Of a stretch of DNA of 64,000 nucleotides, positions 30,662 through 41,832 are shown piece by piece. Position numbers and translations under genes: made by a program. Source of the stretch: Tagaea sp. (GTDB lineage: Bacteria; Pseudomonadota; Alphaproteobacteria; CACIAM-22H2). A model generated the notes under the pieces. The model saw nothing but the letters and a program-made list of their open reading frames with translations, had not been told where the DNA came from and searched no databases. Position 1 is the stretch's first letter; each line of letters opens with the position of its first letter. Where the stretch lies: positions 1 through 64,000 of the forward strand of contig CBDIIB010000002.1 in NCBI GenBank assembly GCA_965279525.1. The letters run 5' to 3'.

Positions 30662-32877
30662 GCGGCGGACCGGCGGGACTCTATTTCTCGATCTTGGCAA
30701 AGAAGGCCGATCCATCGGCGGAAATCCTCGTCGTCGAGCGCAACCGGCCGGACGACACGTTCGGCTTCGGCGTCGTGTTCTCCGACGAAACGCTCGGCAA
30801 CTTCGCCGATGCCGATCCCGAGAGCTACGCCGAGATCACCAAGGCCTTCGCGCACTGGACCGACATCGACATCCACTATGCGGGATCGGTCGTCACGTCG
30901 ACGGGGCACGGCTTCTCCGGCCTCGCGCGCGTCAAGCTCCTCAACATCCTGCAGCGCCGCGCGATGGATCTCGGCGTCAAGGTCCGCTTCGAGACCGAAG
31001 CGAAAGGCCCGGAGGATTTCCCCGACGCCGACCTGATCCTTGCGGCCGACGGCGTCAATTCCGCCATCCGCCAGAAGCATGCCGAAAGCTTCGGCCCGAA
31101 GCTCGACTGGCGGAAGAACAAGTTCGTGTGGCTCGGCACCACGCGCCCGCATCCGGCCTTCACGTTCCACTTCAAGCAGCACGAAAGCGGCATCTTCCGC
31201 GTGCACGCCTACCAGTACGACGCGACGAACTCGACTTTCATCGTCGAGTGCACGGAAGGTGCGTGGAAGCGGGCCGGTCTCGACAAGGCGAGCGAAGCCG
31301 ACACGCTGGCCTTCTGCGAGAAGCTGTTCGCGGCGGAACTTGCCGGCCACCGGCTGATCCCGAACCGTTCGATCTGGCGCACCTTCCCGACGATCTCGAA
31401 CGCGCACTGGTCGTCGGGCAACGTCGTGCTGATGGGCGATGCGGCGCACACGGCGCACTTCTCGATCGGCTCGGGCACCAAGCTTGCGATGGAAGACGCC
31501 ATCGGTCTCGCGGCGGCGGTGGCAAAGCACAGGAACGTCCCCGAAGCACTCGCCGCCTACGAAGCAACGCGCCGCCCGCAGGTCGACGCGATCCAGCGCG
31601 CCGCCCAGACCAGCCTCGAATGGTTCGAGGATGTCGAGCGCTATGCCGGCCGGCTCGATCCCGTCGCGTTCGCCTTCGCGATGCTCACACGCTCCATGCG
31701 CATCACGCACACGAACCTGAAGCTGCGCGATCCGGCCTTCGTCGCGCGCGTCGATGCCGGCTTCGCGGCCGGTACCGGTGCGCCCGCGACCACGCCGCCG
31801 ATGTTCGTACCCTTCAAGCTGCGCGGCCTCACGCTGCCCAACCGCATCGTCGTGTCGCCGATGTGCCAGTACTCGGCCGAGGACGGCATGCCCGACGACT
31901 GGCATCTGGTGCACCTGGGCAGCCGCGCCATCGGCGGAGCGGGGCTCGTCATTGCCGAGGCGACGGACGTGAGTGCCCAGGGCCGCATCTCGCCGGGATG
32001 CACCGGCCTCTACCGCGAAGAGCATGTCGTGGGCTGGAAGCGTGTCGTCGATTTCGTGCATGCCAACAGCCCGGCGAAGATCGCCGTGCAGATCGCACAC
32101 GCGGGCCGCAAGGGCTCGACGCGGCTCGCGTGGGAAGGCATCGACAAGCCGTTGCCGGACGGCAACTGGCCGCTGATCGCGGCCTCGGCGCTGCCTTACA
32201 AGAAGGGCAGCCAGACGCCCAAGGCGATGGATCGCGCCGACATGGACGCGGTGAAGGCCGACTTCGTGCGTGCCGTGAAGTTCGCGGAGCGCGCCGGCTT
32301 CGACATGATCGAGGTCCACATGGCGCACGGCTACCTGCTGGCGGGATTCCTGTCGCCGCTGACGAACGTGCGGACGGACGAATATGGCGGCGCCATCGAC
32401 AACCGCATGCGCTTCCCGCTGGAAGTGTTCGACGCGATGCGCGCGGCGTGGCCCGCCGACAAACCCATGTCGGTGCGCATCTCGGCGACCGACTGGAAGG
32501 AAGGCGGCACCACCGGTGCCGATGCCGTCGAGATCGCCAAACGGTTGAAAGCGCACGGGGCCGACATCATCGACGTGTCGGCGGGCCAGACGGTCGACGA
32601 CGATCACCCTGTTTACGGCCGTCTGTTCCAGACGCCGTTCGCCGACCGCGTGCGCCACGAAGCGGATATCCCGACGATGACCGTGGGCAACATCAGCTCA
32701 TGGGCCGACTGCAACACGATCCTGGCTGCCGGGCGTGCGGATCTGTGCGTGCTGGCGCGCGCCCATCTCTACGATCCCTACTGGACGCGCCATGCGGCGT
32801 TCGAGCAGGGCTACGAGATGAAATGGCCGCCGCAGTACGGCTCGGCGAGGAGCTTCACGCCGCGCGAGAGCCGCTAG
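30643..32877 (+). CDS. abmA: Bifunctional anthraniloyl/salicylyl-CoA monooxygenase-reductase
   Basis: N-terminal [41 protein letters not shown] fused to an OYE domain ([26 protein letters not shown]). Confidence 0.92.
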   Translation: MKIVSIGGGPAGLYFSILAKKADPSAEILVVERNRPDDTFGFGVVFSDETLGNFADADPESYAEITKAFAHWTDIDIHYAGSVVTSTGHGFSGLARVKLLNILQRRAMDLGVKVRFETEAKGPEDFPDADLILAADGVNSAIRQKHAESFGPKLDWRKNKFVWLGTTRPHPAFTFHFKQHESGIFRVHAYQYDATNSTFIVECTEGAWKRAGLDKASEADTLAFCEKLFAAELAGHRLIPNRSIWRTFPTISNAHWSSGNVVLMGDAAHTAHFSIGSGTKLAMEDAIGLAAAVAKHRNVPEALAAYEATRRPQVDAIQRAAQTSLEWFEDVERYAGRLDPVAFAFAMLTRSMRITHTNLKLRDPAFVARVDAGFAAGTGAPATTPPMFVPFKLRGLTLPNRIVVSPMCQYSAEDGMPDDWHLVHLGSRAIGGAGLVIAEATDVSAQGRISPGCTGLYREEHVVGWKRVVDFVHANSPAKIAVQIAHAGRKGSTRLAWEGIDKPLPDGNWPLIAASALPYKKGSQTPKAMDRADMDAVKADFVRAVKFAERAGFDMIEVHMAHGYLLAGFLSPLTNVRTDEYGGAIDNRMRFPLEVFDAMRAAWPADKPMSVRISATDWKEGGTTGADAVEIAKRLKAHGADIIDVSAGQTVDDDHPVYGRLFQTPFADRVRHEADIPTMTVGNISSWADCNTILAAGRADLCVLARAHLYDPYWTRHAAFEQGYEMKWPPQYGSARSFTPRESR

Positions 32878-33053
32878 GCCTCGCCGACCGCCGACGCCGG
32901 CACGAAGCCTTCGGCCGCGAGGCGCTTCATGATCTCCCAGCGTTCGTCGCGGGTCATGCCGGCCCACTGGCGGATCTCGACGACCGAGCGCCCGCAGCCC
33001 TCGCACTTGTCGTCGGGGCCGAGCCGGCACACGCGCACGCACGGGCTGATCAA
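32874..33053 (-). CDS. DUF1289 family small Cys-rich protein
   Basis: SPCVRVC...CEGCGRS..EI..W. TTG start overlapping the upstream TGA. Confidence 0.85.
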   Translation of the reverse strand: MISPCVRVCRLGPDDKCEGCGRSVVEIRQWAGMTRDERWEIMKRLAAEGFVPASAVGEA

Positions 33054-34031
33054 TAGACACCCGCCATGCGCGCGCGCTGGCGCACGAGGGCCAGCACCAT
33101 GCGGCACGCCGGCATCGGATGGCCGACCAGATCGCCCATCTCGACGACGGCGCCCAGCAGGGCGTCGATTTCCATCGGCTTCTTCGCTTCGAGGTCCTGC
33201 AGCATCGATGTCTTGTGGGCGCCCACTTCGCCGGCCCCGTCGATGCGCTTCTCGACATCCACACCGAACTTGATGCCGAGTGCTTCGCCCACGGCCTGCG
33301 CTTCCAGCATCATCGACTTGGCGACCGCCCGGGTACCCGGGTCGGACGCGATCGTGTCGAGTGTTGCCGTCGTCAGCGCCGACACCGGATTGAAGGTGAG
33401 GTTGCCCCACAGCTTCACCCACATGTCGTCGCGGATGCGCGGGCGGATCGGCGCCTTGAGGCCGCCGGCGATCATCAGGTCGGCGAGCTTCTGGATGCGC
33501 TCGCTCTTGCGGCCGTCGGGCTCGCCGAGCGCGAAGCGGTTGGAATAGGTGTGCTCGATCACGCCGGGTGCCACGATGTCAGCCGCCGGATAGACGATGC
33601 AGCCGATGGCGCGCTGGGGTGCGAGCGTGTCCCACAGCTTGCCGTCGGGATCGACCGAGGCGAGCTTCTTGCCGTCGTGCGGGCCGCCGTGGCCGTAGAA
33701 GTACCAGTAGGGCACGCCGTTCATCGCGGTGACGATGGCGGTCTCCTTGCCCCAGCAGCTTGGCGATCTGGCCGGCGGCGGCCGGGCCAAGGCCCCGTCG
33801 CCTTCAGCGCCACGATCACGAAATCCTGTTCGCCCGCCGCGACCGGATCGTCGGTGAATCGCGCTTTGGTTATGACTGTTTCCGTTCCTTCGGAAATCAG
33901 CTTGATGCCGTTCGCCTTCATCGCGGCCAGATGGGGGCCGCGCGCGAAGAACGTGACGTCGGCCCCGGCCGCCGCCATCTTCACGCCCATGTAGCCGCCG
34001 ATGGCCCCGGCGCCGAAGATGAGGACGCGGC

Positions 34032-34035
<4 letters not shown>
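33050..34035 (-). pseudogene. panE: Ketopantoate reductase family protein (oxalyl-CoA reductase PanE2-like), frameshifted near 33750-33796, probably by sequencing error
   Basis: IFGAGAIGG N-terminus lies in one frame and TAMNGVP..KLWGN..HKTSMLQD..EID in another. Removing two G from G-runs restores a single ORF. Confidence 0.8.
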
Positions 34036-35555
<1,520 letters not shown>

Positions 35556-35617
35556 CGCCGCCGGTCCTTCCACGCAGAGAAACGAGGGACCTCGATAGCA
35601 GAGCGTCGGCGTGATTT

Positions 35618-36010
35618 CTAGGCGGCGAAGCCCGACGGATCGAGCGGGCCGTTGGCCACGCGGGCATAGGCCGCGGTGGCAGTGGACCAATCCTCGAAAT
35701 GGGCGCCGCTGCCCAGGCGCTCCTGCGCGATGCGCTGGACCAGGAAGGCGAGGGCGCCCGACGCCTTGCCGGATTCGCCGACCAGCTCGTCGGCGAAGCT
35801 GCGACGGGCGGTGCGCGGCCCGGGGGTGGCGCCGGCATCGCGGCCCGCACCCCCGGTCGGCGTTGAGGGGAAGAACTCCGACGCGGCCCCCGGCTGGGCG
35901 GCCGCGCGGGCGGTTCCCCGGCGACGGTCCGACCCCTCTTCGACGCGCGCGCCCTCGGGCCGGCGGGCCTCGGGCGGCGGCAGAAGGATGATGTTGGCGG
36001 ACGCGACCAT
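35618..36010 (-). CDS. Hypothetical protein
   Basis: 130-aa ORF filling the gap, host-like codons, C-terminal FLVQRIAQE..AAYAR segment. Confidence 0.65.
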   Translation of the reverse strand: MVASANIILLPPPEARRPEGARVEEGSDRRRGTARAAAQPGAASEFFPSTPTGGAGRDAGATPGPRTARRSFADELVGESGKASGALAFLVQRIAQERLGSGAHFEDWSTATAAYARVANGPLDPSGFAA

Positions 36011-36016
36011 CGTGAA

Positions 36017-36076
36017 TTAATCTAAAATTATAACTAAATCCGACGCAAGTGGAATCTTGCATTAACCTAAAATTAG
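36017..36076. promoter_or_regulatory. Two CtrA-box-like sites (TTAA-N7-TTAT at 36017-36031; TTAA-N7-TTAG at 36062-36076)
   Basis: Each has one mismatch to TTAA-N7-TTAA. They lie in an AT-rich divergent promoter of a GC-rich alphaproteobacterial sequence. Confidence 0.55.
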
Positions 36077-36173
36077 AGATAATTCTTGTATGACAGAACA
36101 GCCTGCCCGAAATGCCGGAAACGCTTTCCCGCAGCGTGCTAATTTGCGATTCCGAGCATCCGGAGACCCGAAA

Positions 36174-37502
36174 ATGTCCGCAGCACCCCAGTCCGTCGAC
36201 CCAAACAACCTTGAAGCGCTGTGGATGCCCTTCACGGCGAACCGCCAGTTCAAGCGCAAGCCGCGCCTGATGGCCCGCGCGGAGGGCATGTATTATTATA
36301 CCCCCGACAACCGCCAGATTCTCGACGGCACGGCCGGTCTGTGGTGCGTCAATGCCGGCCACGGCCGCAAGCCGATCGTCGAAGCGATCCAGAAGCAGGC
36401 CGCCAAGCTCGACTACGCGCCCAACTTCCAGATGGGCCACCCGATCGCGTTCGAGTTCGCCGCCCGCCTCCAGGCGATGCTGCCGGGCGATCTGAACCAC
36501 GTCTTCTACACGAACTCCGGTTCCGAATCGGTCGACACGGCGCTGAAGATCGCGCTCGCCTACCACCGCGCGCGCGGCGAAGGCCAGCGCGTGCGCTTCA
36601 TCGGGCGCGAGCGCGGCTACCACGGCGTCGGCTTCGGCGGCATTTCGGTCGGCGGCATCGTCAGCAACCGCAAGCAGTTCGGCGCGCAGCTTCCCTATGT
36701 CGACCACCTGCCGCACACGCACGACATGTCGCGCGCCTACACCAAGGGCCAGCCCGAGACGGGAGCCGACCTTGCCGACAAGCTCGATGCGCTGCTCACG
36801 CTTCACGACCCGTCGACCGTCGCGGCCGTCATCGTCGAACCGGTCGCCGGCTCGACCGGCGTGCTGGTCCCGCCCAAGGGCTATCTTGAAAAGCTGCGCG
36901 CGACCTGCACGAAGCACGGCATCCTCTTGATCTTCGACGAGGTCATCACCGGCTTCGGGCGCCTGGGCGCCAACTTCGCCGCCGACCGTTTCAAGACCGT
37001 GCCCGACCTGATGACGGTGGCCAAGGGCATCACCAACGGCACGGTGCCGATGGGCGCCGTGTTCGCGACCAAGGCGATCTACGACGCGTTCATGAACGGG
37101 CCCGAGGGCGTCATCGAGCTGTTCCACGGCTACACCTATTCGGGCCATCCGCTGGCGTGCGCGGCGGGCCTTGCCACGCTCGACGTCTATCGCGACGAAG
37201 GGCTGTTCGAGCGCGCGGCAAGCCTCGAAGGCTACTGGCAGGACGCGATCCACTCGCTCAAGGGAACGCGCCACGTCATCGACCTTCGCAATATCGGGCT
37301 GGTCGGCGGCATCGAGCTTGAAAGCCGCCCGGGTGCCGTGGGGGCACGCGCCTACGAAGCGCTCGTCGACTGCTTCGAGGCGGGCCTGCTGATCCGCACG
37401 ACGGCCGACATCATCGCGCTGTCGCCGCCGCTGATCGTCGAGAAGCACCATATCGACAAGATGGTCGACATGGTGGGGACCGCCTTGAAGCGCGTGGCAT
37501 GA
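36174..37502 (+). CDS. Omega-amino acid (beta-alanine)-pyruvate aminotransferase, class III
   Basis: WMPFTANRQFK, DGTAGLWC, NSGSESVDTALK, FDEVITGFGR, AKGITNG, FHGYTYSGHP. Confidence 0.94.
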   Translation: MSAAPQSVDPNNLEALWMPFTANRQFKRKPRLMARAEGMYYYTPDNRQILDGTAGLWCVNAGHGRKPIVEAIQKQAAKLDYAPNFQMGHPIAFEFAARLQAMLPGDLNHVFYTNSGSESVDTALKIALAYHRARGEGQRVRFIGRERGYHGVGFGGISVGGIVSNRKQFGAQLPYVDHLPHTHDMSRAYTKGQPETGADLADKLDALLTLHDPSTVAAVIVEPVAGSTGVLVPPKGYLEKLRATCTKHGILLIFDEVITGFGRLGANFAADRFKTVPDLMTVAKGITNGTVPMGAVFATKAIYDAFMNGPEGVIELFHGYTYSGHPLACAAGLATLDVYRDEGLFERAASLEGYWQDAIHSLKGTRHVIDLRNIGLVGGIELESRPGAVGARAYEALVDCFEAGLLIRTTADIIALSPPLIVEKHHIDKMVDMVGTALKRVA

Positions 37503-39232
37503 TCCGCATCCCGTCATCCGACCTCGCGGGCCTCGCACTCGATGCGGCGGGCGATGCCGCGTACGAATGGGATCTCTCGCAGGACACGATGGGATGGATC
37601 GGGCGCACCGAAAACGTGTTCGGCGTGCGCACCGATTTCCCGCCCACCGGCCAGGTCTTCCAGTCGCGCATCTATGCCGAGGACCTGCCCAACCGCCTGA
37701 AGGCGCTGTCGGCGCATTTCGTCGACCGCATCGCCTACGATCTCGACTACCGCATCCGCGGCGACGGCGGCGCCCTGATCTGGGTGCATGACCGCGGCCG
37801 CGCCGAATTCGCCGACGACGGCAAGCCCGTGCGCCTCTCGGGCACGCTGCGCGCCATCACGGTGCGCAAGGAAAAGGAAGCGCGGCTCGAGCATCTGGCC
37901 AACTACGATCCGCTGACCGGGCATTTCAACGCCGCGCGCCTGCGCGAATCGCTCGACCACGCCATCGAATACGCCGCGCGCTACAAGGCGCCGGGTGCCT
38001 TCCTGCTGGTCGGCGTGGACAACCTCTCGGCCATCAACGACGCGTTCGGCTGGTCGACGGCCGACGCGTTGCTGATCGGCATCGGCCAGCGCCTCGAACG
38101 CTCGCTGCGCGCGTCCGACACGATCGGGCGGGCGGGCGGCGACCGTTTCGGCCTCGTGCTCACGCACTGCCCGGAATCCGAGATCGGCCTTGCCGCCGAC
38201 CGGCTGCTCACGAGCGTACGCGGCTCGCCGATCGAAACACCCGACGGCCCGCTGCACGTGACGGCCTCGGCCGGCGCGGTCATGTTCCTGGAACAAGGCC
38301 CCTCGGCGGTCGAGGCGATGGCGCGCGCGGAGTCCGCGCTGCACGAAGCCAAGCGCGCGGGCCGCAACCGCTATGCGATCTTCTCGGCAAGCCCGGCCCA
38401 GCGCGAGCTTCACCAGCGCCTCGTCGCGATCTCGTCCGACGTGCAGGCGGCCTTGAAGGACGAGCGCCTCGTCTTCGCCTTCCAGCCGGTCGTCGACGCC
38501 AACAGCCACACGGTCGACCATTACGAATGCCTGATCCGCCTGCAGCGGATGGACGGCACGATCGCACCGGCCGGCTCGTTCATCCCGGTCGTCGAGCAGA
38601 CCGGGCTGATGCGCCTCCTGGACCGGCGCGTGCTCGAGATGGCGCTCAACGAACTTGCGCGCTGGCCCGACGTGAAGCTCGCGATCAACATCTCCGGCCT
38701 CACCGCCGGCGACCCGAGCTGGCTGCGCGCCTTGTCGGGCACGCTGAAGACGCGCTCGGATCTTGCGCGCCGCCTCACCGTCGAGATCACCGAGACCGTC
38801 GCGATCCAGGACATCGACGAGACCGCGAAGTTCGTGGCCCAGGTGCGCGAGCTCGGCTGCAAGGTCGCCCTCGACGATTTCGGGGCGGGGTACACGAGCT
38901 TCCGCAACCTCAAGGCCATCGCGGTCGACAGCGTCAAGATCGACGGCAGCTTCGTGCGCGGCGTTGCCGACAACGTCGACAACCAGCTCTTCATCCGCAC
39001 GCTGCTGGGCCTTGCCGACGGCTTCGGCCTCGAGACCGTGGCCGAGTGCGTGGAGAACGTCACCGAATCCCAGCATCTCGCGCGCAAAGGCGTGAAGCTC
39101 CTGCAGGGCAACCTCTTCGGCATGCCGTCGATCGAACGCCCGTGGCTCGCCGACCTCGGCCTCGACGCGATCGGGGCCGAACCCCAGCGCCCGAATTTCA
39201 AGGTCATCACCGGGACCGGCACGCACGATTGA
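37499..39232 (+). CDS. PAS-GGDEF-EAL protein, probable c-di-GMP phosphodiesterase
   Basis: PAS/PAC, YDPLTG, degenerate GGDRF, ECLIR, EITET, DDFGAGYTS, VKIDGSFV, AECVE, QG. Confidence 0.9.
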   Translation: MIRIPSSDLAGLALDAAGDAAYEWDLSQDTMGWIGRTENVFGVRTDFPPTGQVFQSRIYAEDLPNRLKALSAHFVDRIAYDLDYRIRGDGGALIWVHDRGRAEFADDGKPVRLSGTLRAITVRKEKEARLEHLANYDPLTGHFNAARLRESLDHAIEYAARYKAPGAFLLVGVDNLSAINDAFGWSTADALLIGIGQRLERSLRASDTIGRAGGDRFGLVLTHCPESEIGLAADRLLTSVRGSPIETPDGPLHVTASAGAVMFLEQGPSAVEAMARAESALHEAKRAGRNRYAIFSASPAQRELHQRLVAISSDVQAALKDERLVFAFQPVVDANSHTVDHYECLIRLQRMDGTIAPAGSFIPVVEQTGLMRLLDRRVLEMALNELARWPDVKLAINISGLTAGDPSWLRALSGTLKTRSDLARRLTVEITETVAIQDIDETAKFVAQVRELGCKVALDDFGAGYTSFRNLKAIAVDSVKIDGSFVRGVADNVDNQLFIRTLLGLADGFGLETVAECVENVTESQHLARKGVKLLQGNLFGMPSIERPWLADLGLDAIGAEPQRPNFKVITGTGTHD

Positions 39233-39343
39233 CGAGACGCCAGGCGACGGCATGTTACCGTCGCTTCGCCAACCCGTTGATCCGCCACGCAAGCGATGCG
39301 ACATGCGACGTAACATGCGCATGTCTCGTCATTCTTGCGGCGA

Positions 39344-39376
39344 GTTGACGGGTGTTGACGGGTGTTGACCGTCAAC
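39344..39376. repeat. Short tandem repeat (GTTGACGGGT x2 plus GTTGACC) ending in inverted GTCAAC
   Basis: Directly visible. Further GTTGAC copies at 39410 and 39427. Confidence 0.8.
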
Positions 39377-39469
39377 AGGCCATGCCATTGATTTCGCTCG
39401 CTGGTGACGGTTGACGCCACATTTCGGTTGACGAAGCTTTGCGGCGACACCCTCGGTCACAACCCCTTC

Positions 39470-39504
39470 CGTCATGCCCGGCAAAAGCCGGGCATCCACG
39501 ACTT
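39470..39504 (+). repeat. REP-like palindromic element CGTCATGCCCGGC-N4-GCCGGGCATCCACGACTT
   Basis: The same element occurs in reverse orientation at 63836-63871. It resembles widespread alphaproteobacterial extragenic palindromes. Confidence 0.85.
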
Positions 39505-39519
39505 TGCAGGCGTTCGCGC

Positions 39520-40257
39520 TCATTGCGGTCCACCGACACGTTGCGGTGCGGCGCGCGAATGACCGGAAACCTGCGTGCCGTCGTCGCGGCGGTAGCTTTG
39601 CACCGGAACCGATCCGGCACCCGTCGCGTCATCGGTTCGCGCGCGGCCGTACCAGTTCCGGACCTTCGCGAAAGCAGATGCCTGTCTGGGATTCTCACGA
39701 AGATAGATGCCCGAACCCTGGACCGCCCGCACGTCGTCCGGGTCCCAATCTTCGACAGGCCGCTGCAATGTTCTGGCGGCACGCACGTCGGGGTCAGCGG
39801 CCCATGCCGAGATCAGCTTGCGCTCGTCGGGCTCGACCTCCTTGGAGTCGCCGCCCCATCTGTCCCTCGCCAGCCAGACAGGCGCGTCCCGCGTCCCGCC
39901 AGCTGCCGCATCGACGAAGATCGCTTTCGTTCGCGCGACGATCTCATCGAAAGAGCCGGCGTCGGTCCCGATCCCGATGCCGATCGCGTTGTTCCGTCGG
40001 TCCATCCCGGCTTCGTCGGCCGGCTGCCCCTTATTGCTTCCCCGGCGCTCGTACTCCTCGCCAAGCGTCATGGCGATGGGCGCGCTATAGCGGCGCGTCG
40101 CTTCAGCCGAGGCGACGATATGTCGAAACGCATCCGCAGGCCCGTTGTGCCAGCCCGGCAGTCCGGTAGCCTTTGCCGCATTGATGGCGCGGTCCTGAAC
40201 GCCTTCAAGCCGTTCCAACCTGTCCAACTTCTTTTGCAAGTCTCTTGCGTATTCCAT
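39520..40257 (-). CDS. DUF6973-like protein (possible toxin/effector domain)
   Basis: NGPADAFRH...E...MDRRNNAIG motif, GAGGAG RBS, C-terminal VQSYRRDDGTQVSGHSR motif. Confidence 0.7.
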   Translation of the reverse strand: MEYARDLQKKLDRLERLEGVQDRAINAAKATGLPGWHNGPADAFRHIVASAEATRRYSAPIAMTLGEEYERRGSNKGQPADEAGMDRRNNAIGIGIGTDAGSFDEIVARTKAIFVDAAAGGTRDAPVWLARDRWGGDSKEVEPDERKLISAWAADPDVRAARTLQRPVEDWDPDDVRAVQGSGIYLRENPRQASAFAKVRNWYGRARTDDATGAGSVPVQSYRRDDGTQVSGHSRAAPQRVGGPQ

Positions 40258-40268
40258 GTTCACGCTCC

Positions 40269-40751
40269 TCAATCTCTGTCGTAGATGTCGGTCCCGACGC
40301 ACGCACCGGCAGTGGCTTGCGGGCCGCGCAGATCGACGACGACGGTGCATTTGCTGCCGAGCGCGCGGATGTTCAGGGGAATAACCTGCTTGCCGTCAGC
40401 GGTGCTGCCCTGGACAACGATCTTCGTCGGTCGGACAGGAACGCGGACCGGGTCGTGCAGACGGAGCCACGTCTCGCCGAACCCCTCGCTGACGACGAGT
40501 TTCATCCTTACCGGCGCGCCGTCGATGAAAAGGTCCGGTCCCCATCTGGCGACATCGGCCGGCATCTGCACGACGACTTCGATCTCGTAACCCGAGCGGT
40601 TCTGCCAGGCCCAGCCGGCCTCCCACGCGACGATGCTGGCGATCACGGTCGCGACGATCCGGGCCGGCCGCCAGCGCCAGAGCGGAATCGTCTCTCTCGG
40701 GCCGAGATAGTCGGGCGCTTGCGTCGGGTCGTATCGGTCTTCCGGTCGCAT
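40269..40751 (-). CDS. Hypothetical membrane-anchored protein
   Basis: Single N-terminal hydrophobic helix then a beta-rich domain with two Cys. RBS AAGGGG. Ends 11 bp before the next gene. Confidence 0.65.
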   Translation of the reverse strand: MRPEDRYDPTQAPDYLGPRETIPLWRWRPARIVATVIASIVAWEAGWAWQNRSGYEIEVVVQMPADVARWGPDLFIDGAPVRMKLVVSEGFGETWLRLHDPVRVPVRPTKIVVQGSTADGKQVIPLNIRALGSKCTVVVDLRGPQATAGACVGTDIYDRD

Positions 40752-40944
40752 GGCTTGATCCCCTTACGTTCTGACGCAAGGGATATAAGCCAACGAAAAG
40801 ATTAAATACAACTATAAATACATATGTAGTAAATCCACCGGATTCCCGTTTCGCTTCCGCCGACGGCCGACGGCGAGCCTGTGAAGGTTGCAAAAATGCG
40901 GGCCGCATGGAAAGGTTGCACGATTAACCGAGGGAACCGGAGGC

Positions 40945-41727
40945 ATGATGGGTGTCCGTAGCTTGTGGATCGCCGCCGTCGCGATGCTGGTCGTCGGCGG
41001 CTGCGTGACGAACGACGGGGGCGGATTGCCGCGTGCCGTCGACCTGCCGCCCGGAACGACGTTCACGGACCGCATACGGGTCGGGCAGCACGTCGTCCCG
41101 TTGCCGCCGGGCGAATGGATCCTTGCCGGCGTCGAGGACGCCAAGTCCAACATGATCGACGGTTCGATGCGCACGCCGATCGCGCGTGTCGTGCTGATCC
41201 GCCCCGGCGACCGGCCGGACGACAAGTCGGTCAACGAAATGATGCTGATCGTTGCAAATGGCGACTCGCAACTCGTCGAGTGGGTGGCGGATCAGCAATG
41301 CCAAAGCGATGCCGGGAAGCTGTACATGCAGAACGGCTTCAGGTCGGAACGAGACCAGCTCTGCATAACGGTCGTTGCGGCGACCGCGAGTTGGGGCGTC
41401 ATTCTGGGCCAGTCGCCGTTGAGCCAGAATGTGGTCGGCTGGCTTCGCGCCGGCGGATATTCGAGCGGTCCTGAGTCCATGCTCGTGACACGGTTCCGGG
41501 TGGTCAGCGGCAACAATCTTCTTGCCACATTTCATTTCTCGACGGCGCGTGAACTGGGTGTCCGTTCCGCGAGAGACGCCGACTGGCAGCCATCAGCCCG
41601 CACAAGAAATGCCGAGATCGACAAGATCTTCAACGAGCGCGTCGCCTGGGCCCGGGAATGGGCGCCGGTCCTTCGCAGCGCGGTCGATGGCCGCTTGCCG
41701 CCGCCGAAATCCACAGCGTCGAAATAG
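40945..41727 (+). CDS. Hypothetical lipoprotein
   Basis: GGAGG RBS, lipobox VGGC, VPLPPGEW motif, Cys pair. Confidence 0.75.
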   Translation: MMGVRSLWIAAVAMLVVGGCVTNDGGGLPRAVDLPPGTTFTDRIRVGQHVVPLPPGEWILAGVEDAKSNMIDGSMRTPIARVVLIRPGDRPDDKSVNEMMLIVANGDSQLVEWVADQQCQSDAGKLYMQNGFRSERDQLCITVVAATASWGVILGQSPLSQNVVGWLRAGGYSSGPESMLVTRFRVVSGNNLLATFHFSTARELGVRSARDADWQPSARTRNAEIDKIFNERVAWAREWAPVLRSAVDGRLPPPKSTASK

Positions 41728-41832
41728 AAGCCCGCGACCGTCGGTTCCCCATCGGAATCCCGGGCCGGTCGGCCGCCATTTCGGCTGGCAGCGGCATTTG
41801 AAGGTGATAGTGTTTCCCGAACGGGGAGACCG

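Noticed and set aside
39344-39432. CRISPR array
   Set aside because: Repeats are 6-10 bp with no unique spacers and no cas genes.
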